Sequence record: OQ427096.1
DNA: 64,000 nucleotides
Reading direction: 5' to 3' (one strand)
Positions 53,358 through 62,118 of the stretch are shown here, in pieces; the stretch's first letter is position 1, and each line of letters starts with the position of its first letter. Made by a program: the position numbers and the translations under genes. The notes under the pieces were generated by a model. It was not told where the DNA came from and made no database searches. It saw only the letters and a list, made by a program, of their open reading frames with translations.

Positions 53358-53954
53358 ATGAAGAAATTTGTAATTTTGTTTCTGCTGCTGATCACTTCAA
53401 CTTTTTCAACATTCAATACACACGCAGCCGAAACGATCATCATGCCCGAAGTAATCCTGGCACCTGCGCCAGAGATTGTCGTGGATACATCCATCAAGGT
53501 ACACACTTTCGTACCTGACCTCTCAGAGCCAGACATCCTTGTCGCAGCTCTACCCAGTGAAGCAGAGCTTCGTTGCCTGCAGAAAAATATCTATTACGAA
53601 GCCCGAGGTCAGGGCACCAGCGGAATGACAGCGGTCGCCAATGTGACCATGCACCGCACTCAAGACAGTCGCTATCCCAGCACAGCCTGCGGCGTCGTCA
53701 AACAGAAAAGTAGAGGCACCTGCCAATTCTCTTGGTTCTGTGATGGAAAGAAGAGTGGTGGCCCTAGCCTTCGACAGGCAGCAGACGTTCGAGCATGGGA
53801 GCTCGCCGGTGAGATTGCACTAAAAGCACTCACAGGCACCCTGCGTGATATCGTCAACGGTGCAACTCACTTCCACAACACGTCAACCAATCCAGGCTGG
53901 GCTCGAAAGCTCAACCGAACGGCACGAATCGGAAATCACATTTTCTATCGTTGA
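53358..53954 (+). CDS. cell-wall hydrolase, SleB family
   Basis: CL..NIYYEARGQ, AVANV, QFSW, GATHFH, IGNHIFY. Confidence 0.92.
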   Translation: MKKFVILFLLLITSTFSTFNTHAAETIIMPEVILAPAPEIVVDTSIKVHTFVPDLSEPDILVAALPSEAELRCLQKNIYYEARGQGTSGMTAVANVTMHRTQDSRYPSTACGVVKQKSRGTCQFSWFCDGKKSGGPSLRQAADVRAWELAGEIALKALTGTLRDIVNGATHFHNTSTNPGWARKLNRTARIGNHIFYR

Positions 53955-53994
53955 CCTGTTAGTCTAATTTGGTAACCATTCTTCGGAGCGAAAG

Positions 53995-54195
53995 ATGCAC
54001 TACCACCCGCAGCCTGATACCGCAGTGTTCGTAGTTGGAGCCCATACTCTTTCGACGACACTGCGGTGGCTCGGAAAAGAGGCAACCGTTGACATCACAG
54101 GTGAGAAACTTCAAGACGTGATGCGACGAGTTGACCGCGCAACTTTCTACAACAACGGTGAAGAGACCGATTGTTCTTTCTACTCCTCCCTGTAG
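53995..54195 (+). CDS. hypothetical protein
   Basis: GGAG RBS. Confidence 0.5.
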   Translation: MHYHPQPDTAVFVVGAHTLSTTLRWLGKEATVDITGEKLQDVMRRVDRATFYNNGEETDCSFYSSL

Positions 54196-54224
54196 ACTAC
54201 GATCATCCAAACAGGAATTTGACC

Positions 54225-55340
54225 ATGTATCTGCAGTTGTCAGACTTTGACCACCTCCGCGAAAACCCGAACGTGCGTTTCCGCGAAGAGAACGTCGCCG
54301 GTAAAGATGTCGTCATCATCTCTTACATGCTTTCCAGCGACGAGCTGTGGAAGCTGCCGCTCGGTGTGGAATGCCGTGGCATCACCTTCGATGCCCAAAC
54401 GGGTAAGCTGATCTCGCTGCCGTTCGAGAAGTTCTTCAATGTCAACGAGAAGGCGCACACCCAGGCTCACATCATCCGTGACTACAAGGTGCAGGCTGTC
54501 CTGGACAAGCGCGACGGTTCGATGATCACGCCGATCTGGGCTGATGGTCGTATCTATCTCAAGACCAAGAAGACCTTCACCTCCGACGTCGCAGTGGCAG
54601 CTCAGCGCCCCCTTTCTGTCGAGCTGGAACGCTTCTGTGAAGCCATGCTCGAACTGAACTTCACTCCGATCTTCGAGTTCACCGATCCTGACTGCAAGAT
54701 CGTCCTCGACTACGGTCATGACTCTCAGCTTGTGCTGCTGGCGATGCGCGATATGATCGACGGCTCCTATGTCTCGTACAAGGACCTGGACCAGATTTCC
54801 AAGGCTTGGGGTGTGCAACTGGTTGGCGGCTATAACCATGACTATACCGTTGATGGCTACCTCGAGCTCGCAAAGACTGCTGAGGGCATCGAAGGCTGGG
54901 TCATCTACACCGATGAAGGTCGCTACAAGGTCAAGACAAAGTGGTACTGTGATCGCCATCACCTGATCGATATTCGTGAGCGCGATATCGCTGCCCTGGT
55001 ACTCGAAGAGAAGCTGGACGACCTGATCCCGAACCTGCTCGCAGGTGATGCGGATATGGAAGCCATCCGCGAGATCGAGCGCCGTGTGACCGATGGCATT
55101 TCGCACATCATGGAAACCGTTGCCTTCCTTGGTGTCCATGCAAGTGGTATCGACCTGGGTAAGGATCGTGCCGATTGGGTCAACGCCAACTGTGGCAAGC
55201 TGTCGAAGTTTGTCCATCGTGCAGCTCGTGGTGTGGAGAACTCTGACGAGTCCTTCAAGGAGTTCTATCGTCAGCACTATCTCAGCACCTTCTCACTCCG
55301 GTCAATCGGCAACCCCAATTTCCGCGACGAGGAAGAATAA
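54225..55340 (+). CDS. rnlA: RNA ligase 1 (T4 RnlA-like)
   Basis: ECRGITF, PFEKFFN, motif I KRDGSMI, FEF, EGWV, KVKTKWY. Confidence 0.93.
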   Translation: MYLQLSDFDHLRENPNVRFREENVAGKDVVIISYMLSSDELWKLPLGVECRGITFDAQTGKLISLPFEKFFNVNEKAHTQAHIIRDYKVQAVLDKRDGSMITPIWADGRIYLKTKKTFTSDVAVAAQRPLSVELERFCEAMLELNFTPIFEFTDPDCKIVLDYGHDSQLVLLAMRDMIDGSYVSYKDLDQISKAWGVQLVGGYNHDYTVDGYLELAKTAEGIEGWVIYTDEGRYKVKTKWYCDRHHLIDIRERDIAALVLEEKLDDLIPNLLAGDADMEAIREIERRVTDGISHIMETVAFLGVHASGIDLGKDRADWVNANCGKLSKFVHRAARGVENSDESFKEFYRQHYLSTFSLRSIGNPNFRDEEE

Positions 55341-55531
55341 TGAAGTACACCGTTACCATTCTGTTCAAAGGCAATCCGCAGCCCATCATCCTCAATGAGG
55401 TTGAAGAGTTCACTGTGAGGTATGAAGGTGATACCATCACTAACCTCCAATGGAAGCTGGCGCCAGGACAGAATATGCTCTACATTGACCTGAGTCAGAT
55501 CGCATTCGTGTTCGCAGTCGAGGACAAGTAA
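55340..55531 (+). CDS. hypothetical protein
   Basis: TAATG coupling. Confidence 0.65.
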   Translation: MKYTVTILFKGNPQPIILNEVEEFTVRYEGDTITNLQWKLAPGQNMLYIDLSQIAFVFAVEDK

Positions 55532-55614
55532 GACCAAAGTTCCTGCAACCACTTCGTACCAAAACCCCTGAGACCCAGAGACCTTGTAATCCAAGGTTCT
55601 CTGGGTTTCCTACG

Positions 55615-55696
55615 TAAGTGTCTGATTCTTGGCTCCAAACAGATTAGCAAGTGTCTGATCTATAAGATTGTCCTGTCCTACGAAAGTCTTTAATAT
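55615..55696 (+). promoter_or_regulatory. Two IHF-like sites plus early promoter
   Basis: TAAGTGTCTGATT (55615), CAAGTGTCTGATC (55648); TTGTCC-N17-TAATAT (55668-55696). Confidence 0.7.
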
Positions 55697-55748
55697 GTGG
55701 TTGTGGGGCAAACATAGCCCGAAACGAAAAAGACAAAGGAACGCAGAC

Positions 55749-55964
55749 ATGGCCAAGCACGTAGAACTGACTCCGACCAAGACCTACAAGACTCCGGAAA
55801 ACGCTCATAAGGCGGTGGAGAAGTTGAACTTGCCGGACTTCGTTTGTGACCGCCAGCTGCGATACGTCATCATGACGCACACCGACGGTCGATTCTATCC
55901 GGTGTTCCTGGGTGAACCGGCAGTGCAGGCAGGCGTTCACTTCCACTTCTGCGTCCTGGGTTAA
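55749..55964 (+). CDS. hypothetical early protein
   Basis: AAGGA RBS after promoter. Confidence 0.75.
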   Translation: MAKHVELTPTKTYKTPENAHKAVEKLNLPDFVCDRQLRYVIMTHTDGRFYPVFLGEPAVQAGVHFHFCVLG

Positions 55965-55974
55965 GGAGAAGATC

Positions 55975-56283
55975 ATGAGCAAGATGCGCATCCTGAGCGG
56001 CAAGACCTTCTACATCGACCGATACCATGACGAGCAGGTCGAGCGGCACATCCTGGTCAGCCTCAACGCACGTGAGCGCAAGGCCATCCTGAAGAACAGG
56101 AAGACCCGCTACAACTTCATCCGCAAGCTGCAGGATGCCGGCATCGTAGAGCGCAGTGGGTGCCAGTGCGGTCACTGCATGAACGGTTGGGACTGCTGCG
56201 GCAGGTGGTTCATGTCCCGGGCGAAGATCATTCCTGCGCCGACGGGCGTCTACATCGTCAAGACTTACGAGAGGAACATCTGA
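55975..56283 (+). CDS. hypothetical protein
   Basis: AAGGAG RBS; CQCGHC..DCCG. Confidence 0.72.
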   Translation: MSKMRILSGKTFYIDRYHDEQVERHILVSLNARERKAILKNRKTRYNFIRKLQDAGIVERSGCQCGHCMNGWDCCGRWFMSRAKIIPAPTGVYIVKTYERNI

Positions 56284-56408
56284 TGAAGACCAAGACCAGG
56301 AACATTCTGATTGGCTTCGTAGTAGCACTGACCATCGGTGCACTGTGGATGACGACCCCGACCGAATGCACGCACAGCGGTTCGGTCCCCAAATATTGCG
56401 TGGACTAA
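56283..56408 (+). CDS. small membrane peptide
   Basis: Hydrophobic segment; coupled start. Confidence 0.5.
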   Translation: MKTKTRNILIGFVVALTIGALWMTTPTECTHSGSVPKYCVD

Positions 56409-56552
56409 GATCATGGAACACAACGCCTGGCTGTATACCAAAGACCGTAGCGAGCTCGAGGACTTCGCCATCGGCATGGGCATTGACCCGGAGCAGTACT
56501 CCCTCGACGAATCCCTGATTGATGCAATCATCCAGAAGCTGGAGGAACAGAA

Positions 56553-56810
56553 ATGAGCAGGCAGTTTGTAATCCTCACCAAGGGCGGCGACCAGGTCGCT
56601 GAGATCGACACCAACACCTTCGCCAAGATCATGGCTGGGAACCGCGGCGAGATGCAGCTGGTTACGACGCCCGCAGGTCGTGGTGTCAGCGCCTTTGTGG
56701 TCAATCAGCCGCACAGCTTCCAAATTGGCGGCACGGGGCTGACCACGTTGGATATTTCGATCGCGCTGGATGCGGGTTATCGCATCTACCGTTCCGAGGA
56801 TATCTTCTAA
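56553..56810 (+). CDS. hypothetical protein
   Basis: GGAGG RBS. Confidence 0.7.
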   Translation: MSRQFVILTKGGDQVAEIDTNTFAKIMAGNRGEMQLVTTPAGRGVSAFVVNQPHSFQIGGTGLTTLDISIALDAGYRIYRSEDIF

Positions 56811-57049
56811 TGAAGGTCGAGAACATCCTCCTGCAGGAATACAGCGGCGAGGCTGTCAAGGACATGCCGAAGATCCTCAAGGCCCATCACTTCATCATGG
56901 ACGCGAAAAACAACATGACGGAACGCGCCATGGTGTATCGTGATGTGGCTCGCCGAGCTCTGGGACACGACGTCCCGATGGACGTTTCCGATATCGAACT
57001 GATCGGAACCTACTACCAGGAGATGTGCAATGTCTTCCTCCGTCAATAA
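56810..57049 (+). CDS. hypothetical protein
   Basis: TAATG coupling. Confidence 0.7.
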   Translation: MKVENILLQEYSGEAVKDMPKILKAHHFIMDAKNNMTERAMVYRDVARRALGHDVPMDVSDIELIGTYYQEMCNVFLRQ

Positions 57050-57416
57050 GGTACGCCTGACCAAGTGGCAGCGCGGTGAGATGTCCTTCCTGGTCTCCGT
57101 GATGGAGGAGGGCTTCGACGACAACGGCGACGTGATGGAAGGTTACATCGCGCAGGGCTACGGCTTTGACCGTGCTGAGGAACTGACCGACCTGGACAAG
57201 AAGCTCCGCTTCAAGCGTCAGGCAGGCTCCTTGGAAGTCGAACTGAACATCCGCGAAGCCAGGACCATCTGGCATGAATTCGACAACCGCCTCGATATCG
57301 AGCTGAGCAACTCGTGCAGCTCGAATGATGAACACGGTCGCGCCTACCGCAAGCTCAAGGATGGTATGGCGCGTTTGGAAGCAGTTTTCGGCAGTGACGT
57401 GAGGAAGAAGCAATGA
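57030..57416 (+). CDS. hypothetical protein
   Basis: Packed ORF. Confidence 0.7.
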   Translation: MSSSVNKVRLTKWQRGEMSFLVSVMEEGFDDNGDVMEGYIAQGYGFDRAEELTDLDKKLRFKRQAGSLEVELNIREARTIWHEFDNRLDIELSNSCSSNDEHGRAYRKLKDGMARLEAVFGSDVRKKQ

Positions 57417-57733
57417 TTGGTCGTCTCTTCAATCGACAGAAGCCTGTCATCTTCGAGGCTCCTCCGCCGCAGGGTGATATGTATGAGCTCTGGCTCAAGG
57501 TCGGCAAGGTGCATATCAAGTCCGCATCCTTCTGTCATCGAGTTGCGGTGCAGTTGATGAACCTGCGCGGTGGGAAGTGGGTGGCCCAGCCCGACTACCA
57601 CGGCGACTTGGTGGGAGTCTACACCTTCACCCAGGACTTCATCTTCATCCGCGTTCGTGATGATGGGTATGGTAACGAGTTGCAGCGGATTGAGATCAGC
57701 ATCACTGAAGGCTCCTACCTCCGGATTCCCTGA
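57413..57733 (+). CDS. hypothetical protein
   Basis: ATGA overlap. Confidence 0.65.
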   Translation: MIGRLFNRQKPVIFEAPPPQGDMYELWLKVGKVHIKSASFCHRVAVQLMNLRGGKWVAQPDYHGDLVGVYTFTQDFIFIRVRDDGYGNELQRIEISITEGSYLRIP

Positions 57734-57827
57734 AAACTGGCCTACACATCGTCTTAACGAGTGGTCTATATAATGCAGATGCCGGCAGAAACTTTCTAGT
57801 CCGGCACTAACCAAAAGGATCATCGTC

Positions 57828-58139
57828 ATGTCTACGCTCAACTCCCCCGCTCACACCTACGCCAGGCCCTCCGGTGCTGTCAACTCTGTCCGAAAGATGC
57901 ATGTGGAGCGCGGCGGTGAGGAAGTCCGCTTCGTCATCGGTAAGGACCCTGCAACAGGTCGCTACTTTCCGGTCTTCATCGACCGCATCAAGCAGGTGAG
58001 TGATCAGGAGATCATGGCCAACCCGAGCGCCAACCAAACGGGTCGCGCAAAGAAGCGAGCCAGCGCTCGAAAGGCTCCTGCGAAGAAGGCAGCCAAGAAG
58101 GCGACCAAGCGGACAACGCGCAAGAACACGTTGCACTGA
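57828..58139 (+). CDS. hypothetical protein with histone-like K/A-rich tail
   Basis: KKRASARKAPAKKAAKKATKR. Confidence 0.7.
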   Translation: MSTLNSPAHTYARPSGAVNSVRKMHVERGGEEVRFVIGKDPATGRYFPVFIDRIKQVSDQEIMANPSANQTGRAKKRASARKAPAKKAAKKATKRTTRKNTLH

Positions 58140-58153
58140 AACGAAAGTTTCTG

Positions 58154-58188
58154 AGAGAAGCTGCCCGTAAGAAGGCAGCTTTTCTTTT
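58154..58188 (+). terminator. Intrinsic terminator
   Basis: AAGCTGCC-CGTAAGAA-GGCAGCTT + T run. Confidence 0.8.
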
Positions 58189-58199
58189 GGCTGTTTTTC

Positions 58200-58640
58200 G
58201 TGACCACACAAGAAAGGAATTATCTATACAATTTGTATATCGACAAACGGAGCACCAATGTGAAGTTGTTCAAGACCGCCATCGCCAAGCTCAACGCCAT
58301 CCCGAGAAAGAACATCGAACGTGTCGCGGCAGTTGTCGTGTTCACTGCGGTGACCGGCGGGCTGGCACATTCCTTCATCAATGATGGTGGGATGGAATTC
58401 TTCAAGCCGAAGACCGTCGCGGTGGCTCAGGCTGATACCTATGCCAAGCCGATCGTCGAAGAGGGTTTCTTCCTGACCAAGACGACCTGGCCTGATTACA
58501 AGGACACGGTGTCGGCTGAGCAGTATGCGAACCAAACGCAGTTCGACCGCACCCACCTGGGTCCGTGCAGCAAGGACAAGCCGTGCGAGAAGCCGAAGAG
58601 CTATCTCGACTATAACCTCCCGGACTACCTGACCAAGTAA
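58200..58640 (+). CDS. hypothetical membrane-anchored protein
   Basis: One TM segment; true start may be ~58257. Confidence 0.6.
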   Translation: MTTQERNYLYNLYIDKRSTNVKLFKTAIAKLNAIPRKNIERVAAVVVFTAVTGGLAHSFINDGGMEFFKPKTVAVAQADTYAKPIVEEGFFLTKTTWPDYKDTVSAEQYANQTQFDRTHLGPCSKDKPCEKPKSYLDYNLPDYLTK

Positions 58641-58650
58641 GGAAACGAGC

Positions 58651-59043
58651 ATGAACCCGATCGTTGAAAACGCATACACCTATCGCATCCAGAACGATTC
58701 TGAGACTGTTGTCTGGAAGTCCCAAGCTCGTGATGACCGAAAGGTAGAAGCCATCAAGTCTTTCCGTGCCGCCACCGGCGCAGGTCTCCTGGAAGCCAAG
58801 CAGGTAGTAGAGCACTACAAATCTCTCTACGATCAGAAGATGCGCGAGGTTGGTTCAAAGCCTGCCAGTGGCAATCGTATCGTCAACCTGCGCCTTGGCA
58901 CCCGTCTCGTGGTCGCCGAAGATGTGCCTGGGTTCTTCAAGGTAAAGGAGATCACCGAGCGCGACCTCGGCATTGTGGACGAGTATGATCTCCTTCAGTT
59001 CATTGCCGATACGGCAGCGCGCCTGGGCGGACCGGTGGCGTAA
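58651..59043 (+). CDS. protein with ribosomal L7/L12 C-terminal-like domain
   Basis: KVEAIKSFRAATGAGLLEAKQVVE. Confidence 0.75.
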   Translation: MNPIVENAYTYRIQNDSETVVWKSQARDDRKVEAIKSFRAATGAGLLEAKQVVEHYKSLYDQKMREVGSKPASGNRIVNLRLGTRLVVAEDVPGFFKVKEITERDLGIVDEYDLLQFIADTAARLGGPVA

Positions 59044-59240
59044 TGCCTTTCGTACTTCAACACCGCCGACAGGCCAGCCCTCTACCCATGGTAAAAGAAT
59101 GGTCTGAGGTCGCCGGCTCCTATTCCGAAACCATGGAAGGTGTCAAGGCTGAGATGGAATGGTGGGACCGTTATAATGAGCAATACCGACTGACGGATTG
59201 GGAATTCAAAGTGGTGCAGGTGAAGGCGAGGAAGGGATGA
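59043..59240 (+). CDS. hypothetical protein
   Basis: TAATG coupling. Confidence 0.55.
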   Translation: MPFVLQHRRQASPLPMVKEWSEVAGSYSETMEGVKAEMEWWDRYNEQYRLTDWEFKVVQVKARKG

Positions 59241-59521
59241 TGGAAAACGATTTCGGCATTGACTATCACCTCAACATCATGAACAACGGGCGCCCAACGC
59301 CTTCGGACTATCTCCCTCCTCGCCCAGAGAAATGCCTCTGGAAGATCATCTCGTTCGATGGCTACTATGCCACCTACCGCACCGAATGCGGACAGCTGGA
59401 AGATATCCGTGCTGAGGAATGCGTTGGCATGCCGATGATCCCCGAGCCTCAAGGCAAGTACTGCCATCATTGCGGTGGCAGGCTGCATGTGAACTCGTCG
59501 TTCAAAAGGAAGACACACTGA
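59237..59521 (+). CDS. hypothetical protein, Cys-rich
   Basis: C.W...Y.TECG...YC.HCGG. Confidence 0.65.
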   Translation: MMENDFGIDYHLNIMNNGRPTPSDYLPPRPEKCLWKIISFDGYYATYRTECGQLEDIRAEECVGMPMIPEPQGKYCHHCGGRLHVNSSFKRKTH

Positions 59522-60594
59522 TGAAGTTCTACATCGTGGGTGGCGCAGTTCGCGATCATCTGATGGGCAAGGTCCCGAAAGACATTGACTACGTTGTGGT
59601 TGGTGCCACTCCTGAAGACATGCTGGACATGGGACTGAAACAGGTCGGCGCCGACTTCCCTGTCTTCATCGACGAGGCTGGCACGGAGTTCGCTCTGGCT
59701 CGTACCGAACGAAAGACAGGCGTTGGTTACAATGGTTTCACCACTGACCACAGCACATCGGTGACGTTGGAAGAGGATCTGTCTCGCCGTGACCTGACCA
59801 TCAACGCTATGGCAATGGTGAAAGACAGCCAGGCAATCATCGACCCGTTCAACGGCGTTGCGGACATCGAAGACAAGATCCTGCGCCATGTCTCTCTGGC
59901 CTTTGTGGAGGATCCTGTGCGTGTGCTTCGCATCGCTCGTTTCCGTGCAAGGCTGGGCGAGGACTGGACCATCGCACCTGATACCATGGTACTGCTGAAA
60001 GAGATGGTGCGCCGAGGCGACTTGGCTCATCTGACGCGTGAGCGTGTGCTGTTGGAAATGGAAAAGGCATTCGGTGAGCCGTACCCCGATATCTTCTTCT
60101 CGACTTTGAAAGAGATCGGAGCCCTAGACGTGGTCTTCCCTCACTTGTTCATGATCGACAAGCTGGACTATCAAGAGATAAGAAAGGCTGCCGGCACATC
60201 GCCGGCGTTTGTCTACTCCGTTGTCTCTCTGATCATGCCTGAGACGAGTGCTGATTACTTCGGCGAACGGCTGCGCGTCTCCAACGAGTGGCGACAGATG
60301 GCTGTCATGTATCGCGCCATGATGAATAGCCGAATGGATTCCAATCAGGTAGACATCCTGTACAAGATGGATGCCTACAGGAAACATCATGTGTGGGATG
60401 CTCTGCTGAGAGAACTGGTCAAGACTGGAAGGAGTCGTGAGAGGTTCTACAACGATCTGTTCGTTGTCTGGTGTTCAACCAGTCGAATGAGCTTCACCGA
60501 ATTGACCGAATGGCAGCGTGATAACCTCAAGGGTCCGGAGATTGCTGAGGCCATCAAACAGCTGCGCAAGAAGGTGATCAATGAAACTCGGTGA
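59521..60594 (+). CDS. cca: tRNA nucleotidyltransferase (CCA-adding, class II)
   Basis: VGGAVRD.L....KDID, VGADFPVF, EFALARTERK, EDLSRRDLTINAMA, EDPVRVLR.ARF. Confidence 0.95.
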   Translation: MKFYIVGGAVRDHLMGKVPKDIDYVVVGATPEDMLDMGLKQVGADFPVFIDEAGTEFALARTERKTGVGYNGFTTDHSTSVTLEEDLSRRDLTINAMAMVKDSQAIIDPFNGVADIEDKILRHVSLAFVEDPVRVLRIARFRARLGEDWTIAPDTMVLLKEMVRRGDLAHLTRERVLLEMEKAFGEPYPDIFFSTLKEIGALDVVFPHLFMIDKLDYQEIRKAAGTSPAFVYSVVSLIMPETSADYFGERLRVSNEWRQMAVMYRAMMNSRMDSNQVDILYKMDAYRKHHVWDALLRELVKTGRSRERFYNDLFVVWCSTSRMSFTELTEWQRDNLKGPEIAEAIKQLRKKVINETR

Positions 60595-60734
60595 CCTGCT
60601 CAACGACAATCAGCTATTGGATCTCGTACGGCACATCCGCGTCGTGCATGATGAAACCAATGTACCTAAGAATAAGCTTGCGCGCGAACTAAAGCAAGTG
60701 CTGTCCGAATTCGAGTTCGAACCGAAGGTGATCA

Positions 60735-61109
60735 ATGGGTAAGGTGGTCGTCGATCAAGGCGCACTCCGAATGGCACTCAATGTGCTGATTCGGGCAGGC
60801 AAAACGGAAGTGGCTGAGGAGTTGGAAGCCTCAGCCACTGACTATCCTGAGCTGCCTTCAGACGGATGCTATATCGTCCGATTTGATGATGCCGAAAAGG
60901 CAGACGTAGACTTCAACGGCTATGGCGCCCGCGATGCAGCATTGAAGTACTACGATCACATAGCTTGGAATTGGAACGGGCATCTCTATGTCAAGATCGA
61001 TTCCAACACTCGTGATGCGGAGAAGCAGTTCCCGTCACTCAAAGTGGTAGACATACATCGCTTCGGTCGCGCCAACCCATCACAAGGTGAGGCCAGTACT
61101 TTCCGCTGA
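60735..61109 (+). CDS. hypothetical protein
   Basis: Packed ORF. Confidence 0.6.
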   Translation: MGKVVVDQGALRMALNVLIRAGKTEVAEELEASATDYPELPSDGCYIVRFDDAEKADVDFNGYGARDAALKYYDHIAWNWNGHLYVKIDSNTRDAEKQFPSLKVVDIHRFGRANPSQGEASTFR

Positions 61110-61509
61110 TCTGATCATTCAACCAGACACGCTCGCCGTTGGCATCTTTCTCTTCCAAGACGTTGTATTGGAATTGATACAGGACTTCGCAGAAGTTCAC
61201 ATCACGCTTAAGAGTATGGAGGGACAAGATGTCTCTCCTGATTCCTTTTGTGCCATTCTCTTTCACATAGTTGTTGATGAACTCTGAGGAAGAGAAGTAG
61301 GTCATCCAATTGGACGATACCTTTGAGCGGCGCTTCTTTCCTTTCTGCTTTCGCATGCCGTTGAAGAACTTCTTGCCAATGTACTTCTTGCCGTTCGGCA
61401 TTGTGATCAGGTAGACGAAACCTTCGTAGCCGTCAGCGCCTTCCTCAGGAAAAGGCTGACCACGGAAGTACCAGGGATCACACTCAATCACTTTCTTTGC
61501 ACGAGCCAT
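61039..61509 (-). CDS. GIY-YIG-like nuclease domain protein
   Basis: YEGFVYLIT..NGKKYIGKK, W..Y.SSS; TAAATA on - strand (61539-61544). Confidence 0.75.
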   Translation of the reverse strand: MARAKKVIECDPWYFRGQPFPEEGADGYEGFVYLITMPNGKKYIGKKFFNGMRKQKGKKRRSKVSSNWMTYFSSSEFINNYVKENGTKGIRRDILSLHTLKRDVNFCEVLYQFQYNVLEEKDANGERVWLNDQISGKYWPHLVMGWRDRSDVCLPL

Positions 61510-61646
61510 ATCACAGTCATCTGTTAGGTAGGATGAGATATTTAACCTCGGTCCCTGCACAGTCCTCCAGATGTTAAAAAGATGTTAAGCGGACCACCAC
61601 AGTCCAATGACTCTACGGGATGCCCAGCTTTTAAGCGCTGATCCAG

Positions 61647-61705
61647 TAACCCCTTGATATTACTAGCATTCTGGTCAGGAAGGGCAGGCACGTAAGTGTC
61701 TGATT
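61647..61705 (+). promoter_or_regulatory. Two IHF-like sites in a ~300-bp non-coding gap
   Basis: TAACCCCTTGATA (perfect YAANNNNTTGATW) and TAAGTGTCTGATT. Confidence 0.55.
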
Positions 61706-61863
61706 CTATTGGGCTCCAGCACTCAGGGGCTGTACAGATGACGGGTCAGCGACTGGCAGCAATGTGGTTGCGGGCTCCTTAACGGATTCTATACACTCAG
61801 GGTGCCTGACGTCTGAGTCAGGAAATCGGGGGACAAACCAGTTTAGATTGTGAGGAGAGTGTC

Positions 61864-62076
61864 ATGCCGCAGCCGAGGTATCCGATGATCGGGATAGTGG
61901 TAGCCGTAGCCACTGATTGGGAGTTGGTGAAGGAAGTGAACAAGGAGCTTGTCCTACATGGAGTGAGTCCTGAGGCAAGGCGAGCATTTTGGTTTGAGGT
62001 CCTCAAGGTAGACAACGCGTTGAGGATGGGTGAGATAGCGCGAGAGTGGGTCACGGTACATCCAACCATCCAATAA
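61864..62076 (+). CDS. hypothetical protein
   Basis: GAGGAG RBS. Confidence 0.55.
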   Translation: MPQPRYPMIGIVVAVATDWELVKEVNKELVLHGVSPEARRAFWFEVLKVDNALRMGEIAREWVTVHPTIQ

Positions 62077-62077
62077 A

Positions 62078-62110
62078 AGGAAAGCCCGGACCATTGAGCC
62101 CGGGCTTTAT
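62078..62110. terminator. Bidirectional terminator between convergent genes
   Basis: AAAGCCCGG..CCGGGCTTT. Confidence 0.75.
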
Positions 62111-62118
62111 TGCAACTA

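Noticed and set aside
54240-55277. 345-aa minus-strand ORF
   Set aside because: Shadow of rnlA
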